A stretch of DNA of 64,000 bases, from assembly GCF_006345805.1 (NCBI RefSeq), contig NC_043020.1:25482001-25546000 (forward strand), written 5' to 3'. Positions within the stretch are counted from its first letter, which is position 1, and each line of letters begins with the position of its first letter. Source of the DNA: Octopus sinensis. Taxonomy: Eukaryota. The translations under genes were made by a program, and so were the position numbers. The notes beneath the pieces were generated by a model. That model ran no database searches. It was not told the origin of the DNA and was given only the letters and a program-made list of their open reading frames with translations. Below are positions 41,661 to 54,059 of this stretch, piece by piece.

Positions 41661-43125
41661 TCTCCCAGCCATAATCCAATTGATATCTTTTGCTCTTTTA
41701 AAATACCCTTAACTTAGGTTAGGATATTGTGTTTTCTATTCCTTGTATGCAAACTTTGTATGCAAATTTTATATGTCGATCATATTACAAACAAAACTTC
41801 TTGAACCGTTTACATAATTTGACTGTTGCTCTGACAGCTTGGAGCTATAGTCTTTTAGTAAGAGATGTTCTTTCTGGTTTTATGAAACCTATCCTCTCAA
41901 AATTGGTAGTGAGACAGTTAGTCACGTAGCCAAGTGCACCAATAATCGTGACGATGGCTTAACTGTATACATGTATGTTAGAATACGTCGCTGTGTATAT
42001 ATGTATGTATATGTTTGTATGTGGAGAGAGAAAGGGAAGATGAACAAATGAGAGAGAGAGAGAAAGAAAGAGAGATAGCTAGCTAGATAGATAAATAGAC
42101 AAATAGAGCGAGAGAGAGAAATACAAAAGCAGATCAATAGATGAATAAATGACAATATATGTAGGAGCTAAAAATAAAAATCAAAAGGTAATTTTCACAA
42201 TTTATGTCGAATTTATCACAGATTTATAAATAACTGATATAATTGTATTAATTATTACATAGATATATACAAGATGGCACCGAACTAACAACAAATGTGT
42301 GTTAATGTGGCTCTTCTAAAGTTTAAGAAGTCCTTCAAGAGATCGATGTTATCAGAAGTGAAATTTATCTGTAAAGCGAATATAAGTGAAAGTACAAGAC
42401 ACTGTATTTGAGAAGAATATTTTCGCTTTTGATATAGTATTTGCAACTAGAACATACTTCGCGAGCACATGTGTTGAAAGCAAGTGTGTTACTTCCTGAA
42501 ATCGAAGTGAATTTTTGTCTGTGAAACAAGACACAGTATTTTTGAGAAGGATTTTTTCGCTTTTGATGTCGTATATCTGCGTGTTTTGAAAGCCTCTGAA
42601 AATTTGCTGCCTAATACCAAATTGCTTAAGAAAATATAGAAAATATTGTTAATTTTTGCATCTACGAAATCGGAACGCTATTCTTTCCTTTTGTTTACAA
42701 AATACAAGTGAGGAATATCAAAGGTCTATCTTAGTATCTATCTTTCTTTCTTCTAAAACGGAATCACGGTAAGTGTTCTCTCAGCCGGTAAGGTAAGGAC
42801 AAATATTATTTATTATTAGTGTTCTCTCAACCAGAAGATAATAAAAAAAAACAATAAAAAAACATTATTTATTATTATTAATAATCGACGATCGGTTCTA
42901 AGATCGCCTGATAATACATAGATATAATCGCGATTATAGATATAAAAGATATATAAAAAAAACGCGCTATTCTATCTTTAACGAGTTTGTTTACAGATTC
43001 GTCCTTCCTATCTGCCACACTCTCTCTCTATCCCCCCTGGCTTTTCTCCTTTCTCCTCTCCCTCTCCGGTCAACCATCTTATCTTTCCTTCTCTCTCTGT
43101 TCCTATATTTCACTCTCACTGTATC

Positions 43126-46100
43126 TCATGTCCAGCTCCCAACACCACAACTGAAGACCAAAGAGGTGCGATGGCCGCAAGAAAAGAAAAGCACCCTAAA
43201 ATTGATGGGAAACAGGAGGTAAAAGGCAAGAAAATCAAAGCTAAAGCAAACCCTGTTCAGAGAAAACAAAAGAACTCCAGCAAGAACTATAAGGGAAAAG
43301 AAAGAAACATCTGCAAATTCTACCTGAAGGGGGTTTGCTGGTACGGCGTCGAAGGTGCGAACTGTCGCTTTGCACATCAGAGGCCCTACCAAAACCGCAC
43401 GGGGAGAACAAAAAGAAAAAGAAAAAGAAAAATATAAAAGAAGGAAAAAAGCGCACTGACCACTCCTAAAAGACGATGTGCGGATGTGGTGCGCGGTAAC
43501 CCAACAAATGGCCAGCTTCACCCAGATGTGAGAAGGGCAGCAGCTGAACAGCAATCTTTTTTGTGCATGGCACAAAAAATTGTTCAGCAACTGACCTGGC
43601 TAAAAGCACAAGGCTGGAACTACCACCACATAAGGCCACCACCAACAGATGCAGGATGGCCGCCACAGACACCAACACCAACACACACACCACAAAAATA
43701 TTTCTACTGAACGTAGGAGGGCTGCTGCGCGGAAACTGTAAAAGGAAAATCTCATTCCTGAGAGACCTTGTAACATGCAATTAAGCTATATGCATGACAC
43801 TCACAGAAGCACATCTTGAACCCGATATAGGGGATGCAGAAATACACATGCCACAATATGCAGTCATACGCACAGATAGAAAAGGGAGGAGCCATGGTGG
43901 AGTTGCAATGTACCTCCGAGATGACCTCACGCCCCAGGTCCTGTTGTCATATTCAAACTCAGTGTGTGAAACTCAAATTATACACATAAGACAACTGAAT
44001 ATCGTCATATGCACTACATATCGCCCACCAGATGCCCCAAATCACTCAGGCATGCTTGAAGACTGCCTAACAAAAATAGGAAAAGTCCTCACCAACTTTT
44101 AACAACACAACAGTGTATTCTTCATGGGTGACTTTAACTTCCCCAATGTGGAATGGCCTGGGGGGGGCAGATGCTCTCAGGGATGACACACCATCAGCAG
44201 GCACAGGCAGAGTCCCTGCTCCATCTCACAAATGCCTCTTTCATGGAGCAAATAGTTCTGCAACCAACAAGGGCAGATCATATACTGGATCTCTGCTTCA
44301 CAAACAATATGGATATTATCCATAATGTTAATGTGATGCCGACAATGATCTCGGATCACAACATAACAGAGCTGTCTATGTATGGACCAAAAGCCCCCGT
44401 AGACACACAGCCTATACGAAGCATCCACCATCTCTCCAACTTTCATAAAGCAAACTGGAAGTTGATTGAGAAAGAGATCCTCAAACAGGATTGGCCTAAA
44501 TGTCTCTCCACACCGGACATTAACATGAAACACAAACACTTCATGTCCATAATACAAGCCATATGTGACAAATATGTCCCAGTGTGCAGAGCCAGCACAC
44601 ACAAAAACAAAAACAGGATCCCTAGAGAAAGGAAGATTCTTATGAGACGACGGACAAGGATTGCGAACCGCCTGAGCAAGCACACCAAAAGTGGTGAGAA
44701 GTCTCGGCTCGAGAGAATGCTAATGGAAATTGAGAAAAGTCTGCATCAGTCCCATGAAAAGGAGAGAGCAGATAAAGAAGCTTGGGTAATAGAAAATATA
44801 AAATCAAACCCTAAAGCTTTCTTTAAGTTTGCCAAAGAGACAGCCACGGTGCACCAGAGAATAGGACCTCTCTTCCAAAAAGATGGCTCTCTCACAGGAA
44901 ATCCCACGAGGATAAGTGAAATACTGAACGAACAATTCCAAAGTGTGTTCACTACACCTCTAGGACACAGGCAAGTAAACAACCCAGAAGAATTCTTTGC
45001 CACTTTACCTGCGGCCAAAGAGGCAAAATTTGAGTACATCAACATCGAAGATGATGATATCATACTAGCCATAGATGAGATTGACACAAACTCAACTGCT
45101 GGACCTGATGGATTTCCAGCGATCCTTCTCAAATCGTGCAAACGAGCCCTTGCAAAACCGCTACAGCTTCTTTTTTAGAGCTTTCTTGCAAGTCAAATTG
45201 AAAGAGGGGGTAATATGCCCTATCCATAAGGGAGGTAGCAGAGCAGATGCTAAAATTATAGGCCTATCTCTCTGACCTCACACATCAGCAAAGTCATGTA
45301 ACGAATAGTCCGTAAGAAACTAATCATGTTCCTTGAAGAAAATGACTTGCTGTCTGACATCCAGCATGGATTTAGACCAGGTAGAGGCTGCCTAACACAG
45401 CTCTTGCAACTGGGTGTTGAAACAGCTACTAAATGGCTCAAATGTGGATGTAATATATCTCGACTTTGCAAAAACCTTTGATAAAGTCGACCATGGTATG
45501 ATATGTCACAAACTGCGTGGTCTCGGCATAGGCGGAAAACTTGGAGAGTGGCTGCACAACTTCCTAAAAGACAGAAGACAGGCAGTTGTGAGCAATGGAG
45601 GCACCTCCAAGGAAACACAAATAACAAGCGGTGTCCCACAGGGCACTGTCTTGGGGCCACTGATGTTCATAGTGGCCCTTTCAGACATGCCTTCAGTTGC
45701 TACGATGGCCACCCTTGCTAGCTATGCAGATGACACAAAAGTCTCTCACACAATACAAAACCCTGAAAATATTGCGCATCTGCAACAGGAGTTGGACACA
45801 ATATACAGGTGGGACAGCAACATGCAGTTTAATGCAGGTAAGTTCCAGGCCCTGCGCTACCGGCACACAAAGGTAAACGACGTGCAGACTGGATACACTG
45901 GCCCAGGAAGAATTGCAATCCCTGAGTCAAAATCAGTGCGTGACCTGGGCATTGACATGAGCAATGATGCATCTTTCCAAGTGCATATTACTAATCTGGT
46001 GATAAAATGCAGACGGCTAGCTGGATGGATTCTCCGAACTTTCAGAACAAGAGAGAAGGAGACACTGATGGTCCTATGGAAAACATTCGTCCTCAGCCGC

Positions 46101-46710
46101 TTGGACTACTGCTCCCAACTGTGGTCACCACACAATATAAAACTAACAGCAGAACTCGAAGCAATTCAGAGAAGCTACACAAAGAAAATCGTCTCAATGC
46201 AAAATATCAGCTACTGGGAAAGACTGAAAGTATTAAACCTCTTCTCCCTAGAGCGGAAGCGGGAGAGATATACAGTGATATACATCTGGAAAATCCTGGA
46301 GGGTCTTGTCCCAAACTTTGGCATTCAAAGTTACCCCAACCGCAGAACGGGGCGCCACTGCATGGTGCCAAAGATTCCAACATCACCATCAAAATACAGG
46401 TCCAGATACTGCAACAGCTTGGGTTTCAGAGGACCACAGCTCTTTAACATCCTCCCTAAATGCCTGAGAGACTTACATGGTGTGGATGTGGGTTTCTTTG
46501 AAACTAAACTGGATCTCTTTTTGTCGGGAGTCCCAGATGAACCTACCTCACGACAGGAGACGCAGATGCGGGCAGCAGCATCGAACTCCCTTGTTGATCA
46601 AGTGCCACGTATCAGAGGTGGATTCACATATTGGTGTAGCTCATTCAGCGGTGGTGCCCCAGCATGGCCGCGGCCTTAGGGATAAAACATTTTAAAGGAT
46701 TTAAGGATTA
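43126..46710 (+). mobile_element. Near full-length, inactivated CR1-type LINE (CCCH-finger ORF1; APE plus RT ORF2)
   Basis: ORF1 ICKFYLKGVCWYGVEGANCRFAH; APE LLNVGGL..TEAHL..RTDRKGRSHGGVA..GDFN..LDLCFTN..SDH; RT YLDFAKTFDKVDH, GVPQGTVLGP, YADD; stops/frameshifts near 43780, 44100, 45178 and 45400. Confidence 0.92.
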
Positions 46711-46899
46711 AGATATGTATGTATAGAGGGGTATAAATATATATGTGTATATATATATTTGTATGTGTATAAGAATATATATTCACATTCTTTAATTTTA
46801 TATACATATATTATTTGTACATGAGCATATATATACATATAAAACTTACTTGGAAGAGGATGCGAGGCGTTCAATCATATAATAATATAATGATATAAA

Positions 46900-46948
<49 letters not shown>

Positions 46949-47066
46949 AATCAAGGAACGGCCATAATAGGCCATTCACCCACTAGAAATAACAGCCAAA
47001 GCTTCAACCGCAAATAAACATCAATTCCGTAAACCAGGAGAAAATTAAAAAACATTTACCCTGTAA

Positions 47067-47171
47067 TTTCTTATACGATGCACCGTTTCATCTACTGTTT
47101 AATGGTAAACTAACCTGATTAAATTAAATCAAGCCAATCTTCCATAGGCCCTTAGAATCATCAGTAAGAAA
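47067..47171 (-). ncRNA. Type I hammerhead ribozyme with long stem II
   Basis: Minus strand: tttctta-CTGATGA-t-tcta...taga-t-GAAA-cgg(tgca)tcg-TA-taagaaa. Confidence 0.88.
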
Positions 47172-47553
47172 TAGCCAAGTCGGAACAGATATTTTCACGA
47201 GGCATTTCCGACCCTGCCTCGGCAATATCTGACCTAAAATTTTCAAATCATCGCACTCGCGCCAAATTTATCGGCAGCAAATAAATATAAGCCGCCGATT
47301 CCATTACGGAATTAACCAGAAAATTCATAATTAATCAATATAGGGTGGCAAAAAATTTTGTAGAATTTTTTTGCCACCAGCGGCCTAGTGGGAAAAAATT
47401 AAATAGTCATAGACCATTTTTAAGTTCAACATCGCAATCAAGGAACGGCCATAATAGGCCATTCACCCACTAGAAATAACAGCCAAAGCTTCAACCGCAA
47501 ATAAACATCAATTCCGTAAACCAGGAGAAAATTAAAAAACATTTACCCTGTAA

Positions 47554-47658
47554 TTTCTTATACGATGCACCGTTTCATCTACTGTTTAATGGTAAACTAA
47601 CCTGATTAAATTAAATCAAGCCAATCTTCCATAGGCCCTTAGAATCATCAGTAAGAAA
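47554..47658 (-). ncRNA. Type I hammerhead ribozyme with long stem II
   Basis: Same motif, +487 bp. Confidence 0.88.
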
Positions 47659-47878
47659 TAGCCAAGTCGGAACAGATATTTTCACGAGGCATTTCCGACC
47701 CTGCCTCGGCAATATCTGACCTAAAATTTTCAAATCATCGCACTCGCGCCAAATTTATCTTATATTTATTTCCTGCCGATAAATTTGGCGCGAGTGCGAT
47801 GATTTGAAAATTTTAGGTCAGATATTGCCGAGGCAGGATCGGAAATGCCTCGTGAAAATATCTGTTCCGACTTGGCTA

Positions 47879-47983
47879 TTTCTTACTGATGATTCTAAGG
47901 GCCTATGGAAGATTGGCTTGATTTAATTTAATCAGGTTAGTTTACCATTAAACAGTAGATGAAACGGTGCATCGTATAAGAAA
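47879..47983 (+). ncRNA. Type I hammerhead ribozyme with long stem II
   Basis: CTGATGA 47886-47892, GAAA 47961-47964, GTA triplet 47974-47976, 7-bp stem I. Confidence 0.88.
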
Positions 47984-48365
47984 TTACAGGGTAAATGTTT
48001 TTTAATTTTCTCCTGGTTTACGGAATTGATGTTTATTTGCGGTTGAAGCTTTGGCTGTTATTTCTAGTGGGTGAATGGCCTATTATGGCCGTTCCTTGAT
48101 TGCGATTTTGAACTTAAAAATGGTCTATGACTATTTAATTTTTTCCCACTAGGCCGCTGGTGGCAAAAAAATTCTACAAAATTTTTTGCCACCCTATATT
48201 GATTAATTATGAATTTTCTGGTTAATTCCGTAATGGAATCGGCGGCTTATATTTATTTGCTGCCGATAAATTTGGCGCGAGTGCGATGATTTGAAAATTT
48301 TAGGTCAGATATTGCCGAGGCAGGGTCGGAAATGCCTCGTGAAAATATCTGTTCCGACTTGGCTA

Positions 48366-48470
48366 TTTCTTACTGATGATTCTAAGGGCCTATGGAAGAT
48401 TGGCTTGATTTAATTTAATCAGGTTAGTTTACCATTAAACAGTAGATGAAACGGTGCATCGTATAAGAAA
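48366..48470 (+). ncRNA. Type I hammerhead ribozyme with long stem II
   Basis: Same motif, +487 bp. Confidence 0.88.
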
Positions 48471-48704
48471 TTACAGGGTAAATGTTTTTTAATTTTCTCC
48501 TGCTTTACGGAATTGATGTTTATTTGCGGTTGAAGCTTTGGCTGTTATTTCTAGTGGGTGAATGGCCTATTATGGCCGTTCCTTGATTGTGATGTTGAAC
48601 TTAAAAATGGTCTATGACTATTTAATTTTTTCCCACTAGGCCGCTGGTGGCAAAAAAATTCTACAAAATTTTTTGCCACCCTATATTGATCAATTATATA
48701 TATA

Positions 48705-49080
48705 TATATATAATTATTTGAGGGAATATTAATCCTAACTTACAGGGAAAAAATTCAATTTAGAAATACTAAATCAAATTTCACACAATATATATACGTA
48801 AAATTAGAAAGAACCCCCTTTATCAATTCAAAATGAACAATTAAATTACACCATCTAGAAAATTACATATAATAGACATATTAAAATTAAAATAACAATA
48901 AATGTTTAAGTAAAATGATTAAGTAAATTGCAAAAAAAATGATAAAAACATGTATCATTGGTATTTTATTATTATTTTAATTTTAATATTTCTACTATAT
49001 TTAATTTTCTAGATGGTGTAATTTAATTGTTCATTTTGAATTGATGAAAAGGGGTTCTTTCTAATTTTATATATATATAA
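48705..49080. repeat. AT-rich repeat shared with the PLE-flanking region 10620-10815, folded back on itself
   Basis: ttttctagatggtgtaatttaattgttcattttgaattgat at ~10660 (+), ~48840 (-) and ~49000 (+). Confidence 0.75.
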
Positions 49081-49098
49081 ATACATACATATATATAT

Positions 49099-49152
<54 letters not shown>

Positions 49153-49154
49153 TA

Positions 49155-49189
<35 letters not shown>

Positions 49190-49359
49190 CAAAATAAGAA
49201 AATGGAGAAATACAACCAAATCAAATATCAATTACCAGATAATATCCAATCACATACTTTATTAAACCACCACATAAGAGACTTTAATGTCAAACATAAT
49301 AATGTAGAACAAAACAGTGTACATAAAGGAGTAATGTGATACAATAATTACAATAGGTA

Positions 49360-50634
49360 TCTCTTATTATAAAAGGCAGATTTTATCTGCCTCCCTTTGT
49401 ATCTTATAGAAATCTACAATATAGGATTTCTTCAATTACAATTTACCTAGCATTTTTAAGAGTAGAATGCATCGGGTCATGCCAGGTCCAGTTTTTAAAA
49501 TTTCAACCCCAATTAATCAAAATTTAGAGAAAACTCACATTGTGTTGTATAAGTCAAATGCATTTCTTAGTGTGGGCTACAGAACTCGCACACACACACA
49601 CACACACAAAAAGGAGCGATCTGATTCACTCACGCTATCACTCTCATTTCTACGACTTTCTCTTTGCGAGTCTACCTTACAACACTACTCAAAAAAAAAG
49701 CAGCAAACAGAAACAAATAAATACATAACGATTTACTCCTCACACAATTTCTTCAATTAGACTTTACCTATGATTTTTCAAAGAACTTCCATTGGGTCAT
49801 GCCATACAAAATTTCTTTCAATTTCACCCCCAATTAAGACAAAATTCGAGAAAACTCAATATTTTAACATTTCACTTTGAAGCCTTTACTCTGCCTATTA
49901 CTCCCACTTCCTCTTTAGACACATAGATACGCTAATATATACGACAGTGACAATTGTTGACAGACATTGTAAGCTAACGTGTGTGTGTGTGTGTGCGTGT
50001 GTGTCTCTGTGTGTGTGTGTGTGTGTGCGTGTGTGTGAGGGTGCGTGTGTGTGTGTGTGACAGGGATGACCCATTCAGACTGGTCATCCTTTTTGCTAGA
50101 TCACCTATGCTACACCACTGGTTTTCAGTTCATATTAATCAAATTAATATTCACAAGAAGAAGGACTATTCATTATAATACATCAGTTCCATCGGACAAT
50201 TGCACAAACATTTGCCATTTTACACATGTACGTAAACAAATTCCTTTTAGAAGTTCAATTCATTTTCTTTTTCAATTCATACAAAGTTATTTAGGACGAA
50301 TATAACATCTAAAGTTATCTCTAAGAAGCAGAAAGATCGCCCAAAAGTGTATATAGATATTTAAATGTATTTATATATTCATCTATACACACATGTATGT
50401 ATAATGTGTGTGTATATATTTCCATAGAGGTAACCATTCACTCCGCACAAAGTTTTTTAGGACGAAAATAACATCTAAAGTTATCTCTAAGAAGCAGAAA
50501 GATCGCCCAAAAGTGTATATAGATATTTAAATGTATTTATATATTCATCTATGCACACATGTATGTATAACGTGTGTGTATATATTTCCATAGAGGTAAC
50601 CATTCACTCCATACAAAGTTTTTTAGGACGAAAA
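49360..50634 (+). mobile_element. Helitron-like 5' portion with internal 166-bp tandem duplication (50281-50633)
   Basis: A|TCtcttattataaaa start, internal (CA)/(GT) microsatellites; acaaagtt recurs at 50281, 50447 and 50613. Confidence 0.55.
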
Positions 50635-51490
50635 TCTTTATATATAAAAGAAAGGTTGTGTGTCTGTCTACTCCGATTTAGATTCCTAACTACTCCCACA
50701 TTTTGCGATGCAGTTTAACCAAAACCGAGTATCTTATAGTCGTGATTCATATCGAGCCCTTCTGGGTATTAGCGCGCGTCTACGATGAGTCTACGATTTT
50801 ACAAATAATTTACCATCATTTTTTCCCATTTTAATGCATTTTTTTTAAATTAAGGGAAGTAACTCTCAAACTTCACACCAATATGCGTGCTCATATGCGA
50901 CGTAATATCACATCAGCAGCATTTCCTCACACCCTCATTGCACTTGGCGAAGGCAAAATACCAGGGGATGAAAATGGTAATATTGCCATCGATTCCATTT
51001 GTACCATTGTTAAGACGCCTTCTGATCTCAGAGATGCAGTGTTCCAAGATCTACAAGCTAATTATCAGAATATGGATTGGACTACAGAACTCGCACAAAA
51101 AGGCTATACTGGCCCCTAGGAATAAAACTGTTCACCATATTAATGATGAAATGCTAAAACTCATTCCTGGGGAAGTCTATGTATATCAGTCTATCGATAC
51201 AACTACTGACCCAGAGGACGTCATCAACTATCCAATAGAGGTACTCAATTCCTTTGAGCACCCCGGACTACCACCACACATTCTCAAACTTAAAGTTGGT
51301 GCCCCTATAATGCTCATCAGAAATTTGGTTCCCCCAAAACAATGCAATGGCACACGTTTGATCGTTAAGTCCTTATCTCCCAGCGTAAACTTATATCAAT
51401 ATTTGCCTGAATAATCATCATCATTCAGTGCAATCATTAACAGTACTTTCAAGTAATTCAGCCCCGAGCAACGCCGGGCAATTCTGCTAG
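50635..51490 (+). mobile_element. Non-autonomous Helitron carrying a PIF1 helicase fragment
   Basis: A|TC start; 3' hairpin gccccgagcaacgccgggc then CTAG|T; AILAPRN..IND..YPIEVLNS..PGLPPHILKLKVGAPIMLIRNL..CNGTRLIV. Confidence 0.9.
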
Positions 51491-51834
51491 TAAGAGAATA
51501 TAAATATAAGTAAATATAAATATATTTATATGTTTGACATTAAAGTATCTTATGTGGTGGTTTAATAAAGTATGCGATTGGGTATTATCTGGTAATTGAT
51601 ACTTGATTTGGTTGTATTTCTCCATTTTCTTATTTTTTATTTTGAATTCGTGGTAAAACATTTTACCTTTGCCCATATAATACAATAAATGAATTAATTG
51701 CATCGCAATTCTTAACATTTATGTATTAACTTTGTTGGGTACTTCACTAGCAGTATATTGGATATATGTTATCCCATGCATTTACAACGCCTATCTCAAT
51801 TTGTAACTATATATATATATATATATATATAATG

Positions 51835-54051
51835 ATGAATGTTTTTATATATAATGAACGTGAAATACAGGAAGGGACGAACACGGAACACAGACAAATC
51901 ATTCGAAGCCTTCAATCTTCAGTCAGACACCGAATCATCATAGCAAATTTCGGCTGTTCAATTCTGATATTTGCTCCAACTCGGCCAGCCCCAAGAAAAA
52001 AAACTAAGCTGTAAGCATTAGATTTCTTGGTAGAAGACAGGAATGTGAACGCACAAGACGGATGTGAATACAAGAGACGAAAACGAAATTGAAAACAGTA
52101 ATGAAAAAACAAAATGTATATAACGGTGGTTGTCATACGACTTTAGACCAAATGAGACAAAACAACAACATAGCAGCTGGCGTAGAAATAATTACCGTTT
52201 CGGTAGCGGGGACACATGTTGGTCGAGATACGAAGGCCAACAGAATGGTTGAAGAAGCAGCAGGTCAGGAGAGAGAGAAAGAGAGACAGAGAGAGAGGGA
52301 ATCAAAGAGGGTGGAAGGCAGGGGACAGAATCAGTGACCAAGAGAGAAGGAGAAAGAAGGGATTAAGGAGGATGGGAGGAAGAGGGGAGGAGGATGGGAG
52401 GAAGAGAGGGGAAGAATCGGAGGGCGCCAAAAAAGTTTGGTGAAGAAGCAATGGCGGGTAGTAAAAGACAGTGTGTATAGAAGTCGTGCAGGGTTTAAAA
52501 TTGGACAAACAAACGGGGGGGTGCACGTAACGCCGCAATAATATAAGAATGAATGTTTTTATATATAATGAACGTGAAATACAGGAAGGGACGAACACGG
52601 AACACAGACAAATCATTCGAAGCCTTCAATCTTCAGTCAGACACCGAATCATCATAGCAAATTTCGGCTGTTCAATTCTGATATTTGCTCCAACTCGGCC
52701 AGCCCCAAGAAAAAAAACTAAGCTGTAAGCATTAGATTTCTTGGTAGAAGACAGGAATGTGAACGCACAAGACGGATGTGAATACAAGAGACGAAAACGA
52801 AATTGAAAACAGTAATGAAAAAACAAAATGTATATAACGGTGGTTGTCATACGACTTTAGACCAAATGAGACAAAACAACAACATAGCAGCTGGCGTAGA
52901 AATAATTACCGTTTCGGTAGCGGGGACACATGTTGGTCGAGATACGAAGGCCAACAGAATGGTTGAAGAAGCAGCAGGTCAGGAGAGAGAGAAAGAGAGA
53001 CAGAGAGAGAGGGAATCAAAGAGGGTGGAAGGCAGGGGACAGAATCAGTGACCAAGAGAGAAGGAGAAAGAAGGGATTAAGGAGGATGGGAGGAAGAGGG
53101 GAGGAGGATGGGAGGAAGAGAGGGGAAGAATCGGAGGGCGCCAAAAAAGTTTGGTGAAGAAGCAATGGCGGGTAGTAAAAGACAGTGTGTATAGAAGTCG
53201 TGCAGGGTTAAAATTGGACAAACAAACGGGGGGGTGCACGTAACGCCGCAATAATATAAGAATGAATGTTTTTATATATAATGAACGTGAAATACAGGAA
53301 GGGACGAACACGGAACACAGACAAATCATTCGAAGCCTTCAATCTTCAGTCAGACACCGAATCATCATAGCAAATTTCGGCTGTTCAATTCTGATATTTG
53401 CTCCAACTCGGCCAGCCCCAAGAAAAAAAACTAAGCTGTAAGCATTAGATTTCTTGGTAGAAGACAGGAATGTGAACGCACAAGACGGATGTGAATACAA
53501 GAGACGAAAACGAAATTGAAAACAGTAATGAAAAAACAAAATGTATATAACGGTGGTTGTCATACGACTTTAGACCAAATGAGACAAAACAACAACATAG
53601 CAGCTGGCGTAGAAATAATTACCGTTTCGGTAGCGGGGACACATGTTGGTCGAGATACGAAGGCCAACAGAATGGTTGAAGAAGCAGCAGGTCAGGAGAG
53701 AGAGAAAGAGAGACAGAGAGAGAGGGAATCAAAGAGGGTGGAAGGCAGGGGACAGAATCAGTGACCAAGAGAGAAGGAGAAAGAAGGGATTAAGGAGGAT
53801 GGGAGGAAGAGGGGAGGAGGATGGGAGGAAGAGAGGGGAAGAATCGGAGGGCGCCAAAAAAGTTTGGTGAAGAAGCAATGGCGGGTAGTAAAAGACAGTG
53901 TGTATAGAAGTCGTGCAGGGTTTAAAATTGGACAAACAAACGGGGGGGTGCACGTAACGCCGCAATAATATAAGAATGAATGTTTTTATATATAATGAAC
54001 GTGAAATACAGGAAGGGACGAACACGGAACACAGACAAATCATTCGAAGCC
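51835..54051. repeat. 713/714-bp tandem array (3.1 near-identical copies) bounded by (TA)n
   Basis: atgaatgttttt at 51835, 52549, 53262 and 53976; triplicated ORFs. Confidence 0.95.
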
Positions 54052-54059
54052 TTATATAT

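Larger units (their letters stand above)
46944..48690. repeat. 1.75-kb palindromic array of a 487-bp hammerhead-containing unit
   Basis: Forward arm 46944-47759 (period 487), inverted arm 47759-48690 (period 487); (TA)n on both flanks. Confidence 0.93.

Noticed and set aside
42765-42800. Strong plus-strand donor-like cacg|gtaagt
   Set aside because: No supporting exon, promoter or downstream acceptor that I can identify
51890-51930. Hammerhead-like CTGAAGA..cttcGAAT on the minus strand of the 713-bp unit
   Set aside because: GAAT instead of GAAA, and no valid stem I/III or UH triplet
51912-54043. Triplicated 74-104 aa ORFs
   Set aside because: By-product of the tandem array; no recognisable domain
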